Of a stretch of DNA of 64,000 nt, positions 10,891 to 19,395 are shown one piece after another. The notes beneath the pieces were generated by a model. The model was not told where the DNA came from. It ran no database searches and saw only the letters and a program-made list of their open reading frames with translations. Source of the DNA: Acidobacteriota bacterium (GTDB lineage: Bacteria > Acidobacteriota > Vicinamibacteria > Vicinamibacterales > UBA2999); NCBI GenBank assembly GCA_046726375.1, contig JBKPAJ010000062.1, forward strand, positions 2,498 to 66,497, read 5' to 3'. The position numbers and the translations under genes were made by a program. The stretch's first letter is position 1, and each line of letters starts with the position of its first letter.

Positions 10891-12488
10891 TACACCTGCG
10901 GTCCCGCCTTTATCACCGCAGGATCCACGTCCGCTTCAAACGTCTTGAAGTTCTCGATGAACATCGACGCCAGCTTTCGCGCCTGCGCGTCGTAGGCATC
11001 CTTCTCGGACCACGTGCTGCGTGGATCGAGCACTTCGGTCGGGACGTCGAGGCAACTGCTCGGCACTTCGACATTGAAAATCGGGTGCCGCTGATAACCG
11101 ACATCGTCGAGCGTGCCGTGCAAGGCCGCGGTGATCATCGCCCGCGTGTAAGCGATCTTCATCCGCGTGCCGACGCCGAAGGGCCCACCCGTCCACCCGG
11201 TGTTCACCAGCCACACGCGTGCGCCGTGGCGCGCGATGCGCTCGCCCAGTCCGCGCGCATACACATTCGGATTCAGCGGCAGGAACGGCGCGCCAAAGCA
11301 CGTACTGAACGTTGCAGTGGGATCCTTGACGCCCTTCTCTGTGCCCGCGACCTTGGCGGTGTATCCGGACAAGAAGTGATACATCGCGCCTTCCGGCGAA
11401 AGCCGCGCAATCGGGGGCAGCACGCCAAACGCATCGGCTGTGAGCATCACGATATTTCGCGGATGGCCGCCCATGCCCGATGGCACCGAGTTGTCGATGA
11501 AATCGATTGGATAGGCGCCGCGCGTGTTCTCCGTCAGAGACGCATCGTCGAAATCGAGCTCCCGTGTTTCGGGGTCCATGACCACGTTCTCGAGCACGGT
11601 GCCGAAACGCCGCGTCGCTTCGAAAATCTGCGGCTCCGCTTCCTGCGAGAGTCGAATCATCTTCGCGTAACAGCCGCCTTCGAAATTGAAGACGCCGTGA
11701 TCGCTCCAGCCGTGTTCGTCGTCGCCAATCAGACGCCGCTGCGGATCGGAGGACAACGTTGTCTTGCCCGTGCCCGACAAGCCGAAGAACAAGGCCGTGT
11801 CGCCGGCGGTCCCGATGTTGGCCGAGCAGTGCATCGACAGCACGTTCTTGAGCGGCAGGATGTAGTTGAGCACCGTGAAGATCGACTTCTTGTTCTCGCC
11901 CGCGTAGCTCGTGCCGGCGATCAGCACCTCGCGCGTGCCCAGATTCAGCACGATCCCGACCTCCGAACGCGTGCCGTGTTTCGCCGCGTCGGTCTTGAAG
12001 CCCGGCGCCGTCAGCACCATGAACTGTGGCTCGAAACCAGTGAGGTCCTGCTGGGGCGGAACGATGAAGAGGTTGCGGACGAACAGGTTGTGCCAGGCAA
12101 GCTCCTGAACGAAACGCACGGGCAGGCGATATGACGGGTCTGCGCCCGCATACAAATCCTGCACGTAGAGCTCTTTCGACGACAGATACGCGAGCATGTC
12201 GCGCTTGAGCGTATCGAACTTCGGCTGCTCGATCGGTTTGTTCACCTTGCCCCAATGCACATGACCTTCGCTCGAGGGTTCTTTGACGAAAAATTTGTCA
12301 TTCGGCGACCGGCCCGTGTGGGCGCCGGTCCCGCAAACCAGGGGCCCGTCTTTGGCGAGCTCACCTTCGCCACGCCGGACGGCGTGTTCGTAAAGCGCCG
12401 CGGCGGACAGATTCCAATGAATCGGGCCGGACGTCCGCAAGCCGTGCTGCTCCAAGCCGCGCGCGTGTCCTGCCTGCACGATGCTCAT
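10890..12488 (-). CDS. pckA: Phosphoenolpyruvate carboxykinase (ATP)
   Basis: 532 aa with GAHTGRSPNDKF and FFGLSGTGKTTLS (kinase-1a). Collinear with ATP-dependent PckA. Confidence 0.95.
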   Translation of the reverse strand: MSIVQAGHARGLEQHGLRTSGPIHWNLSAAALYEHAVRRGEGELAKDGPLVCGTGAHTGRSPNDKFFVKEPSSEGHVHWGKVNKPIEQPKFDTLKRDMLAYLSSKELYVQDLYAGADPSYRLPVRFVQELAWHNLFVRNLFIVPPQQDLTGFEPQFMVLTAPGFKTDAAKHGTRSEVGIVLNLGTREVLIAGTSYAGENKKSIFTVLNYILPLKNVLSMHCSANIGTAGDTALFFGLSGTGKTTLSSDPQRRLIGDDEHGWSDHGVFNFEGGCYAKMIRLSQEAEPQIFEATRRFGTVLENVVMDPETRELDFDDASLTENTRGAYPIDFIDNSVPSGMGGHPRNIVMLTADAFGVLPPIARLSPEGAMYHFLSGYTAKVAGTEKGVKDPTATFSTCFGAPFLPLNPNVYARGLGERIARHGARVWLVNTGWTGGPFGVGTRMKIAYTRAMITAALHGTLDDVGYQRHPIFNVEVPSSCLDVPTEVLDPRSTWSEKDAYDAQARKLASMFIENFKTFEADVDPAVIKAGPQV

Positions 12489-12624
12489 TGATTACTCCCG
12501 AGGGGACCGCCAAATAATTGCTAGATCGTACCGGCTGGAATCGCGCTAAGTCAATATCGCAGACCGATTTGCCTCGATCCTGTTACAATCGCGGTAAACA
12601 CCCCGCAGCTCGACCCCGTAAGTC

Positions 12625-13278
12625 ATGTCAGGACGCCCGATCGCCGAAGCCGAAACCCGAGCCCCGCGCCGCGTCGCCGAGACGTCGCTGTCCACCGCGT
12701 CGGTTTTAGCGGCCGAAATCAAGGCCCTGGTCGCCGCCGGCGAGCGCGACGCCGCGCGGGAGCGATTTGGCGCGCTCGTCGCGCTGCTTCAGCGGCGCGG
12801 ATTGCGCATTGCGTATCACTATTTGCGCGATGCCGCCGACGCCGACGAAGTCGTGCAGGACGCCTTTGTCAAGGTGTTCCTTCACATCGAGCAGTATCGC
12901 GAAGAGCTGCCGTTCGATGTGTGGTTCATGCGGATCCTCGTCAACACGTCGCTCGACCGGCTGAAAAGCCGCGGGCGGCAGCAGCGATGGATTACGGGAC
13001 CGAGCGAGGATTCACTCGACGCGCGTCCGGTGGAACAGGCGGCCGACGATCATCCCTCGAGCGAGCATCAGCTGCTCGCGAAGGAGCGTTGGCAGCAAGT
13101 CGTCAAGGCGGTGGCCGCGCTGCCCGATCGGCAGAAGCTGGTGTTTACGCTCTCGCACATCGACGAGCGGACCGCAGCCGAGATCAGCGAGGCAACCGGT
13201 ATGAGTCCGGCAACGGTGCGTGTGCACCTGTTCCGGGCCATTCGCAAGCTCAGAATGGTCTTGGGAGTAGAGAAATGA
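12625..13278 (+). CDS. ECF-type RNA polymerase sigma factor
   Basis: Region 2 (ADADEVVQDAFVKVFLHIEQY, FDVWFMRILVN) and region 4 (LPDRQKLVFTLSHIDERTAAEISEATGMSPATVRVHLFRA). Confidence 0.9.
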   Translation: MSGRPIAEAETRAPRRVAETSLSTASVLAAEIKALVAAGERDAARERFGALVALLQRRGLRIAYHYLRDAADADEVVQDAFVKVFLHIEQYREELPFDVWFMRILVNTSLDRLKSRGRQQRWITGPSEDSLDARPVEQAADDHPSSEHQLLAKERWQQVVKAVAALPDRQKLVFTLSHIDERTAAEISEATGMSPATVRVHLFRAIRKLRMVLGVEK

Positions 13279-13907
13279 CCGTACGCGGATCCTGCGTGCC
13301 TTTCGATCGCTTGACGGCACTGGCGCTCACCGCCCGGGCGCCGGAAAGCGATTACGAGCGTCAACTGCTCGTGCATGTTGGCGGCTGCGATCGGTGCGCC
13401 GCGACACTCGCAAGGCTCACGGCGGACGTGGACGCGATGCGCGACGAAGCGTGGCAGGAAGCGGATGCCCTCTTCGACGAGTCGGCGCTCGAGACTCAGC
13501 GCACGCGCATTCTCGACCGGCTCGCGCACCTCGGACAGGCCGCTCGTGTGCTGCGCTTCCCTGCTCGTTCGCGCGAAGCGGCCATGCCGGTGTCGCCGAT
13601 CAGCCGCCGTTGGATCAGCGTCGCCGCCGCGGCCGGCCTCATCATCGGCCTCGTCGCGGGACAGGTGATCCACTTCGTGCCGTGGGATACGGGCTTGCAC
13701 CGCAGCACGCTTCAACAGCCGACAACGCGCGCCGCGCCGCGCGGAGCGTCGGGGCCGATCATCGTGCAGGCGAGCTCCACTCTCGCGGGCACGGACGATG
13801 ACCTGCTCGACGAAATCGATCAGGCGATGGAGCTGCGCCGCGCTGCGTCGATCCGCGCGCTCGACGCGTATACCCCGCGGGTCGGCGACCTGGTCGAGAT
13901 TCATTAG
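13275..13907 (+). CDS. Anti-sigma factor (zinc-binding HxxxCxxC type) with one TM helix
   Basis: The ATG overlaps the sigma stop (ATGA). HVGGCDRC matches the ZAS motif. There is a single TM segment (WISVAAAAGLIIGLVAGQVI). Its position directly after an ECF sigma gene supports the call. Confidence 0.75.
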   Translation: MTVRGSCVPFDRLTALALTARAPESDYERQLLVHVGGCDRCAATLARLTADVDAMRDEAWQEADALFDESALETQRTRILDRLAHLGQAARVLRFPARSREAAMPVSPISRRWISVAAAAGLIIGLVAGQVIHFVPWDTGLHRSTLQQPTTRAAPRGASGPIIVQASSTLAGTDDDLLDEIDQAMELRRAASIRALDAYTPRVGDLVEIH

Positions 13908-15130
13908 TGCCGCCAGTTGTCTTCCGGAAGGGGCTCGACCTCAAGCACGAGGTGGCGGGCGTTCTTGCCGAGAGTTATCACAGCGCGCTCGTTCAACAGA
14001 TCAAAGAGAGCGACTACCGCTACGAATCCGGGCGGCTGAGGATCCATCTCGCACGCGAGTTTGGCTTCTGCTACGGCGTGGATCGCGCGGTTGATTACGC
14101 CTATCAGGCGCGCCGCAGATTTCCTGATCGCACGGTGTATCTCACCGGCGAAATCATCCACAACCCGCACGTCAACGATCAGCTGCGCGCGCAAGGTATT
14201 CGCTTTCTGAGCGATCCCGGCGAAAGCGAACGGACACTCGGCTCCGACGAGGTCGTCATTCTGCCGGCGTTCGGCGTGACGATCGACGAGCTGCAGCGGC
14301 TGACGCGCGCGTCGTGCACGCTCGTCGACACGACCTGCGGCTCGGTTCTCAATGTGTGGAAGAACGTCACCCGCTACGCGCGCGACGGCTTCACCTCGAT
14401 CATTCACGGCAAATACTGGCACGAAGAAACCCGCGCCACCGCTTCACAGGCGCTGCAGGTCGAGGGCGGCCGCTACCTCGTCGTGCTCGACAAGGCGGAA
14501 GCCGGGATGGTGTGCGACTACATTCGCCAGTCATCGACGCCTGACGACAAGCGCCGCGCCGCGTTTCTCGATCGCTTTCACGACGCGTGCTCGCCCGGCT
14601 TCGATCCCGATCGCGACCTGCAGCATGTCGGATGCGCGAATCAAACGACGATGCTCAGCTCGGAGTCGCTGGAAGTCGGCGAGATGTTCCGCGATGCGAT
14701 GCGGGTGCGCTACGGCGAATCGGCGCTGACGGCGCGCTTCCGTGCCTTCGACACGATTTGCAGCGCGACGCAGGACCGGCAGGATGCGGTGATCGAGCTG
14801 CTCGACACGGTGGCGCTCGATTTGATGATCGTGATCGGGGGCTATAACAGCAGCAATACGTGCAACCTCGCCCGCATCTGCGCCGGCAAGGTGCCCACTT
14901 TCCATGTCGCCGATCCCGACGGGCTCGTGTCCGAGACGGAGATTCGGCACCGTGATGTGTCGTCGAAGGCCGACACAATCAGCCGCGGGTGGATGCCCTC
15001 AGCTGGACCAGTCACGATTGGCCTGACATCGGGAGCGTCGACACCTGACAACCTTGTGGAGATTGTGGTTCGAAAGCTGGAGGCCTTTTGCCTGGCCGGG
15101 CTCAAGCCCAGCCCCTCTGCCGTCCCTTAG
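13907..15130 (+). CDS. ispH: 4-hydroxy-3-methylbut-2-enyl diphosphate reductase (long form)
   Basis: LAREFGFCYGVDRAV...TGEIIHNPHV...DTTCGSVLNVW...NQTTML...GGYNSSNT. The conserved cysteines and motifs of IspH/LytB are present. Confidence 0.9.
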   Translation: MPPVVFRKGLDLKHEVAGVLAESYHSALVQQIKESDYRYESGRLRIHLAREFGFCYGVDRAVDYAYQARRRFPDRTVYLTGEIIHNPHVNDQLRAQGIRFLSDPGESERTLGSDEVVILPAFGVTIDELQRLTRASCTLVDTTCGSVLNVWKNVTRYARDGFTSIIHGKYWHEETRATASQALQVEGGRYLVVLDKAEAGMVCDYIRQSSTPDDKRRAAFLDRFHDACSPGFDPDRDLQHVGCANQTTMLSSESLEVGEMFRDAMRVRYGESALTARFRAFDTICSATQDRQDAVIELLDTVALDLMIVIGGYNSSNTCNLARICAGKVPTFHVADPDGLVSETEIRHRDVSSKADTISRGWMPSAGPVTIGLTSGASTPDNLVEIVVRKLEAFCLAGLKPSPSAVP

Positions 15131-15339
15131 CGGGCGGGCTCGACTACCAATCGGACGGTCTCGCCGGCGTGAGCTTTCAGCCACGGATGCTCCGGCGAGC
15201 CGGGTCGAACCAGAATGAATAACGAAAGCCAACGCCGCATTCCTGCCCTCCGGGGTGCCGTCACTGCGAAAACGCCGCGGGTTGTAACGTCAGCCGTAAA
15301 CAGGCCGTCCGGCGCCGTCGTAACCCCTTCGAAGCGCCC

Positions 15340-15798
15340 ATGAATATGTCCCGTAAGTTGTTTGTTTGTCTCACGTTGTCTTTGCTGGCCTTCGTCATCG
15401 GGGCGCCCGCGGCCGCGGCTCAGAGCTTCAAATGGTGGAAGGACGAACGCTTCGTCAAGGAGCTGGTGCTCACGCCTGATCAGAGCTCCCGGATCGAAGC
15501 CATCTTCCAGGCTGTGCAGCCGGCGCTCCGTGCGCAGAAGCGCGCGCTCGATAAGCTCGAGGATGAACTCTCGAACATGATTCACGACGCCAAAGTGGAC
15601 GAACCCGAGCTCGAACAGTTCGTCGGCCGCGTCGAAGCTGCGCGCGCGGATTTGAGTAAAACCCGAACCCTCATGCTGGTGCGGATGCGCCGCATCCTCA
15701 CCGCGGAGCAAAGCACGAAGCTGCATCAGCTCTTCGAGAAGGACGAAAAGCAGCATGGCCGCCCTCGTCCGCATGGCTCGGATCGGAAGCAGCGGTAA
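15340..15798 (+). CDS. Periplasmic Spy/CpxP-family (LTxxQ) protein
   Basis: Signal peptide (MNMSRKLFVCLTLSLLAFVIGAPAAAAQ), LTPDQ and LTAEQ motifs, helical composition. Confidence 0.7.
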   Translation: MNMSRKLFVCLTLSLLAFVIGAPAAAAQSFKWWKDERFVKELVLTPDQSSRIEAIFQAVQPALRAQKRALDKLEDELSNMIHDAKVDEPELEQFVGRVEAARADLSKTRTLMLVRMRRILTAEQSTKLHQLFEKDEKQHGRPRPHGSDRKQR

Positions 15799-15820
15799 CT
15801 CCTTCAATTCGGAACGGAAT

Positions 15821-17590
15821 ATGACTCTGCAATCTCGTTGTGCGGCCGCGGTCGCGGCCTTCCTCGTCTGCTCTGTCTCGGCCTCGGCCCAAACGCCGGC
15901 GGCTCCGCCCACAAACAGCACCGATTCGGCGCGTCAGGACACCCTCGTACGCGAGGCGGTCGCGCGCTACGAAGCGGGGCTTCAGCAACTCGAGACTACG
16001 CCCGACCCACAGCGCCCCGCCGGCACACCGGCGCCTGGCGGCATTCGCGAGCTGCGGCTCGCCGATGCCGTGCAGCTGGCGCTCGAGAAGAATCTCGACA
16101 TCGCGGTCGAGCGTTTGAATCCGCAGTCGGTCGATTTGCAAATTGCCGCGGTAAAGAACCAGTACCGTCCGGTCGCATCCTCCACGATCGGCCAAAGCGC
16201 ACTGATGCGGTTGCCGAACACCTTGTTGACCGGCGGTCAGCGCGTCAACAACGACACCACGCTCTACAACTTCGGGTTCAACCAGTCGCTCTCGAAATTC
16301 GGGGGCAATTACTCGCTGTCGTTCACCAACAGCCGCGTCGACACCACGGACGCGTTTGCGAACTTCAATCCTACCTACACCGCGGGTCTTCGCCTTGCCT
16401 ACACGCAGCCGCTGCTGCGCGGACTCTTGATTGACAACCTGCGCCAGCAACTGCTCGTCACGCAGATCAACCGCGAGATTTCGGAAGAGAACCTGCGCGG
16501 TACCATCGCCACTACCATGGCCAACGTGCGCAGCGCGTATTGGGACCTCGTGTTTGCGCAGAATGCCGTCGATGTCGCGCAACGGGCCCTCGATCTCGCC
16601 GACAAGCTCGTCGAAGACAACCGTGCACGCGTCGAAGTCGGCACGCTCGCGCCGCTCGATATCGTTCAGGCGGAAGCGGAAGCGGCCACACGCCGTCAGA
16701 CGCTTGCAGCCGCCGAAGCAACCATGCAGACGGCGGAACTCGCGCTCAAGCGCTACATCGTGACCGGCACCGAGGACCCGCTGTGGCGGCAACAACTGCA
16801 GCCGATCGACCTGCCATCGCTCGATCCTGCTCCGACCGATATCGAGGGCGCGGTGCGGCGAGCGCTTGAACGCCGCACCGATCTGGTCAGCGCGCGCAAA
16901 AATCTCGAGAGCAACGACGTCTCGATCAGATACTACAGGAATCAAAGTCTGCCCGCGGTTGATCTGATCAGCAGCTACGGCGCGCAGGGTATCGGTGGTA
17001 CGCAATTCCAGCGTACCGGCGATAGATTGAACAGCGTCGTGACCGGTACGATTCCAGGCGGCTACGGTGACGCGTTGAACCTCTTGACGCGACGCGATTA
17101 TCCCAACTGGAACTTGCAGGTGAACGTGTCCTACAACATCGGCGAGAGCCAGTCCGACGCTCAGTACGCACGCGCCCGCGTGCAGCGCTCGCAATCGCAG
17201 GCGCGTTTGCGGGCGCTCGAATTGCAGGTGGCCACCGAGGTCACCAATGCCGCGATCACGGTGCAAAGCAACTTGAAGCGCGTCGAGGCGGCGCAGGCCG
17301 CGCGCGAGCTGGCCGAGAAGCGCCTCGAAGCGGAACAAAGCAAGTTCGAGGTCGGCATGTCCACCAACTTCTTCGTCGTGCAGGCGCAGCGCGATCTGCG
17401 TGACGCGCAAAACACCGAACTGCGAGCGCTCGCCGACTATCGCAAGTCGCTCGTCACGTTCGAGCGCGCCCAGGAGGCGCCCGCCGGCGGTGGTGCTGGC
17501 GGCGGTGGCGCGACGGCGGGCGGCACCGCGACGGCGGGCGGCACCACAGGGGGACAGGGAACTGCTGGGAACACGCAACAGCAGCAGTAA
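15821..17590 (+). CDS. TolC-family outer-membrane efflux protein
   Basis: The start is set at MTLQSRCAAAVAAFLVCSVSASAQ (signal peptide). It has the duplicated TolC repeat pattern (LSLADAVQLALEKNLDI..., ...AARELAEKRLEAEQSKFEVG). It ends in a Gly/Thr-rich tail. Confidence 0.9.
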   Translation: MTLQSRCAAAVAAFLVCSVSASAQTPAAPPTNSTDSARQDTLVREAVARYEAGLQQLETTPDPQRPAGTPAPGGIRELRLADAVQLALEKNLDIAVERLNPQSVDLQIAAVKNQYRPVASSTIGQSALMRLPNTLLTGGQRVNNDTTLYNFGFNQSLSKFGGNYSLSFTNSRVDTTDAFANFNPTYTAGLRLAYTQPLLRGLLIDNLRQQLLVTQINREISEENLRGTIATTMANVRSAYWDLVFAQNAVDVAQRALDLADKLVEDNRARVEVGTLAPLDIVQAEAEAATRRQTLAAAEATMQTAELALKRYIVTGTEDPLWRQQLQPIDLPSLDPAPTDIEGAVRRALERRTDLVSARKNLESNDVSIRYYRNQSLPAVDLISSYGAQGIGGTQFQRTGDRLNSVVTGTIPGGYGDALNLLTRRDYPNWNLQVNVSYNIGESQSDAQYARARVQRSQSQARLRALELQVATEVTNAAITVQSNLKRVEAAQAARELAEKRLEAEQSKFEVGMSTNFFVVQAQRDLRDAQNTELRALADYRKSLVTFERAQEAPAGGGAGGGGATAGGTATAGGTTGGQGTAGNTQQQQ

Positions 17591-17658
17591 TTCACGGGGT
17601 CGTGTTCCTCTGGACGGACCTTCGCGGAGTGAGGTGCGTTAAGATTGTTGGTTTTCAT

Positions 17659-19242
17659 ATGCGGAAATTTGTAGCGATTGGCGTCGTCGCCGTCCTTGTC
17701 GCCGGAGCGGCCGTCTACTTCGGATTCCTGCGGCGCGAGGAGGCAGCAGCGGCTGCCGGCACCCAGGCCGATGGCGGCCAACGTGACGGGCAAGGTGGTC
17801 GTGGCGGACGGGGCGGCGCACAAGGCCAGGGCGGAGTTCCGGGCGGGGGGTTTGGCGGCGGGATGGGCGGTCCGGGCGGCGGCTTCCGGCCTCCGATGAC
17901 CGTGGAAATCACGAAGGTGTCGCGCGGCAACGTCTCGGCGTTATTGACCGTTGTAGGCAACCTGATCGGAGAGCAGACCGTCGACGTCGTCCCGCGGGCA
18001 GCCGGCCGCATCACGGCGCTCAGCGTCAAGCTCGGCGATCGCATTCGCCGGGGACAGGTGCTGGCGAAAATCGAGGATCGCGAGCTCGTCGAGCAGGTGC
18101 GCCAGGCGCAGGCCTCGCATCAGGTTGCGGAAGCCACGATTCGTCAGCGGGAGGCCGATCTCAATCTCGCGGAAACCAACGTCGAGCGCTCGCGCAATCT
18201 GTTCGGCCGTCAGTTGCTGCCCAAGCAGACGCTCGACGACTCCGAAGCGCGCTACATATCTGCGGTCGCGGCGCTCGACCTCGCGCGCGCCCAGCTCGCG
18301 CAATCGGAGGCGCGACTCGAGGAGCTCAAGATCAACCTGGCCAACACCAACGTAATCTCTCCGGTGGATGGCTTCGTGAGCCGCCGTAATCTCGATGTTG
18401 GTGCCTTTGCCTCGCAAAACCAGCCGGTCGCGTCGGTGGTCGATATCTCGTCGCTCCGGCTCGTGGCCAACGTCGTGGAAAGGGATTTGAAAGCTGTCAA
18501 CGTCGGCGACCGCGCGCAGGTCGAAGTGGACGCTTTCCCGGGCGAAAAGTTCAGCGGCCGTATCGCGCGCCTGGCGCCGGTGCTCGATCCATCGACGCGC
18601 ACGGCGCCGATGGAAATCGAGATTCTCAATCCCCAGTTTCGACTCAAGCCCGGTATGTACGCGCGCGTCGATCTCACGGTCGAAGACAAGCAAAACGCGC
18701 TCGTCGTGCCGAAGATCGCGCTCATCGATTCGCAAGGCGAACGCGGCGTGTACCAGCCGAGCGAAGACGGCCGCGCGAAGTTCAAGGCGGTCAAGGTTGG
18801 GATCGAGAACAACGATCAGGCCGAAATCCTCGAGGGCCTGACTGAGGGTGAAGTGATCGTTTCAACGGGCGCGAGCGCGCTTCGCCGCGACGATCAATTG
18901 GTGATTGCCGGCGGGGCCTCCGGCGGGCCGGGCGGCCGCGGCGGACGTGGCGGACGCGGCAATCGCGGCGAAGGATCCGGCGCGTCAGGCGGCCGCGGAA
19001 CGCCGTCTGATCCTGGCGCGGGCGCAGGTGCGGCGGGCGCCCTTGGACAGCGCCAACCGGGCCAGGGGTTGACGCGGCCCGAGGGTCAGCCCGGTGAGGG
19101 AATTCAACGCGGTGATGGACAACGCGGCGGTCGCGGTCGCGGGCAGCGTCCGGAAGGCAGCGGGCAGCAGGACGGACAAAATCCCGCCGGCCGGCGTCCG
19201 CCTCAAAGCCAGAGCCTCGAGCAACAGCGACCAATAGCGTGA
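17659..19242 (+). CDS. RND efflux periplasmic adaptor (MFP/HlyD family) with Gly/Arg-rich extensions
   Basis: MRKFVAIGVVAVLVAGAAVYF anchor; VVPRAAGRITALSVKLGDRIRRGQVLAKIED (lipoyl-like); ISPVDGFVSRRNLDVGAF; coiled-coil hairpin. RGG-type low complexity at both ends. Confidence 0.9.
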   Translation: MRKFVAIGVVAVLVAGAAVYFGFLRREEAAAAAGTQADGGQRDGQGGRGGRGGAQGQGGVPGGGFGGGMGGPGGGFRPPMTVEITKVSRGNVSALLTVVGNLIGEQTVDVVPRAAGRITALSVKLGDRIRRGQVLAKIEDRELVEQVRQAQASHQVAEATIRQREADLNLAETNVERSRNLFGRQLLPKQTLDDSEARYISAVAALDLARAQLAQSEARLEELKINLANTNVISPVDGFVSRRNLDVGAFASQNQPVASVVDISSLRLVANVVERDLKAVNVGDRAQVEVDAFPGEKFSGRIARLAPVLDPSTRTAPMEIEILNPQFRLKPGMYARVDLTVEDKQNALVVPKIALIDSQGERGVYQPSEDGRAKFKAVKVGIENNDQAEILEGLTEGEVIVSTGASALRRDDQLVIAGGASGGPGGRGGRGGRGNRGEGSGASGGRGTPSDPGAGAGAAGALGQRQPGQGLTRPEGQPGEGIQRGDGQRGGRGRGQRPEGSGQQDGQNPAGRRPPQSQSLEQQRPIA

Positions 19243-19380
19243 GTTCAAAGTTCAAAGTTAGTTGGGGAAGTTAACGAGTTGAGTTGGCAAGGTCAGTTGC
19301 GAAGTAGTTGGAACGACTTGTTCGAACTTACAACTTTCAACTTGGAACTAACTTTTAACGTTGAACTTTGAACTGTAACT
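19241..19380. repeat. Degenerate heptamer-periodic palindrome, copy C (20 heptads in register)
   Basis: GAGTTCA AAGTTCA AAGTTAG ... GTTGAAC TTTGAAC TGTAACT. The left half is AGTT-rich and the right half AACT-rich. It starts on the MFP stop codon and ends 15 nt before the RND pump ATG. Confidence 0.8.
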
Positions 19381-19395
19381 GGTATCGGAGACTCC

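Noticed and set aside
12921-13907. 328-aa ORF overlapping the 3' half of the ECF sigma gene.
   Set aside because: Only the part from the ATG at 13275 (ATGA coupling, HxxxCxxC motif, one TM helix) looks like a real anti-sigma factor. The upstream extension is the sigma gene read out of frame.
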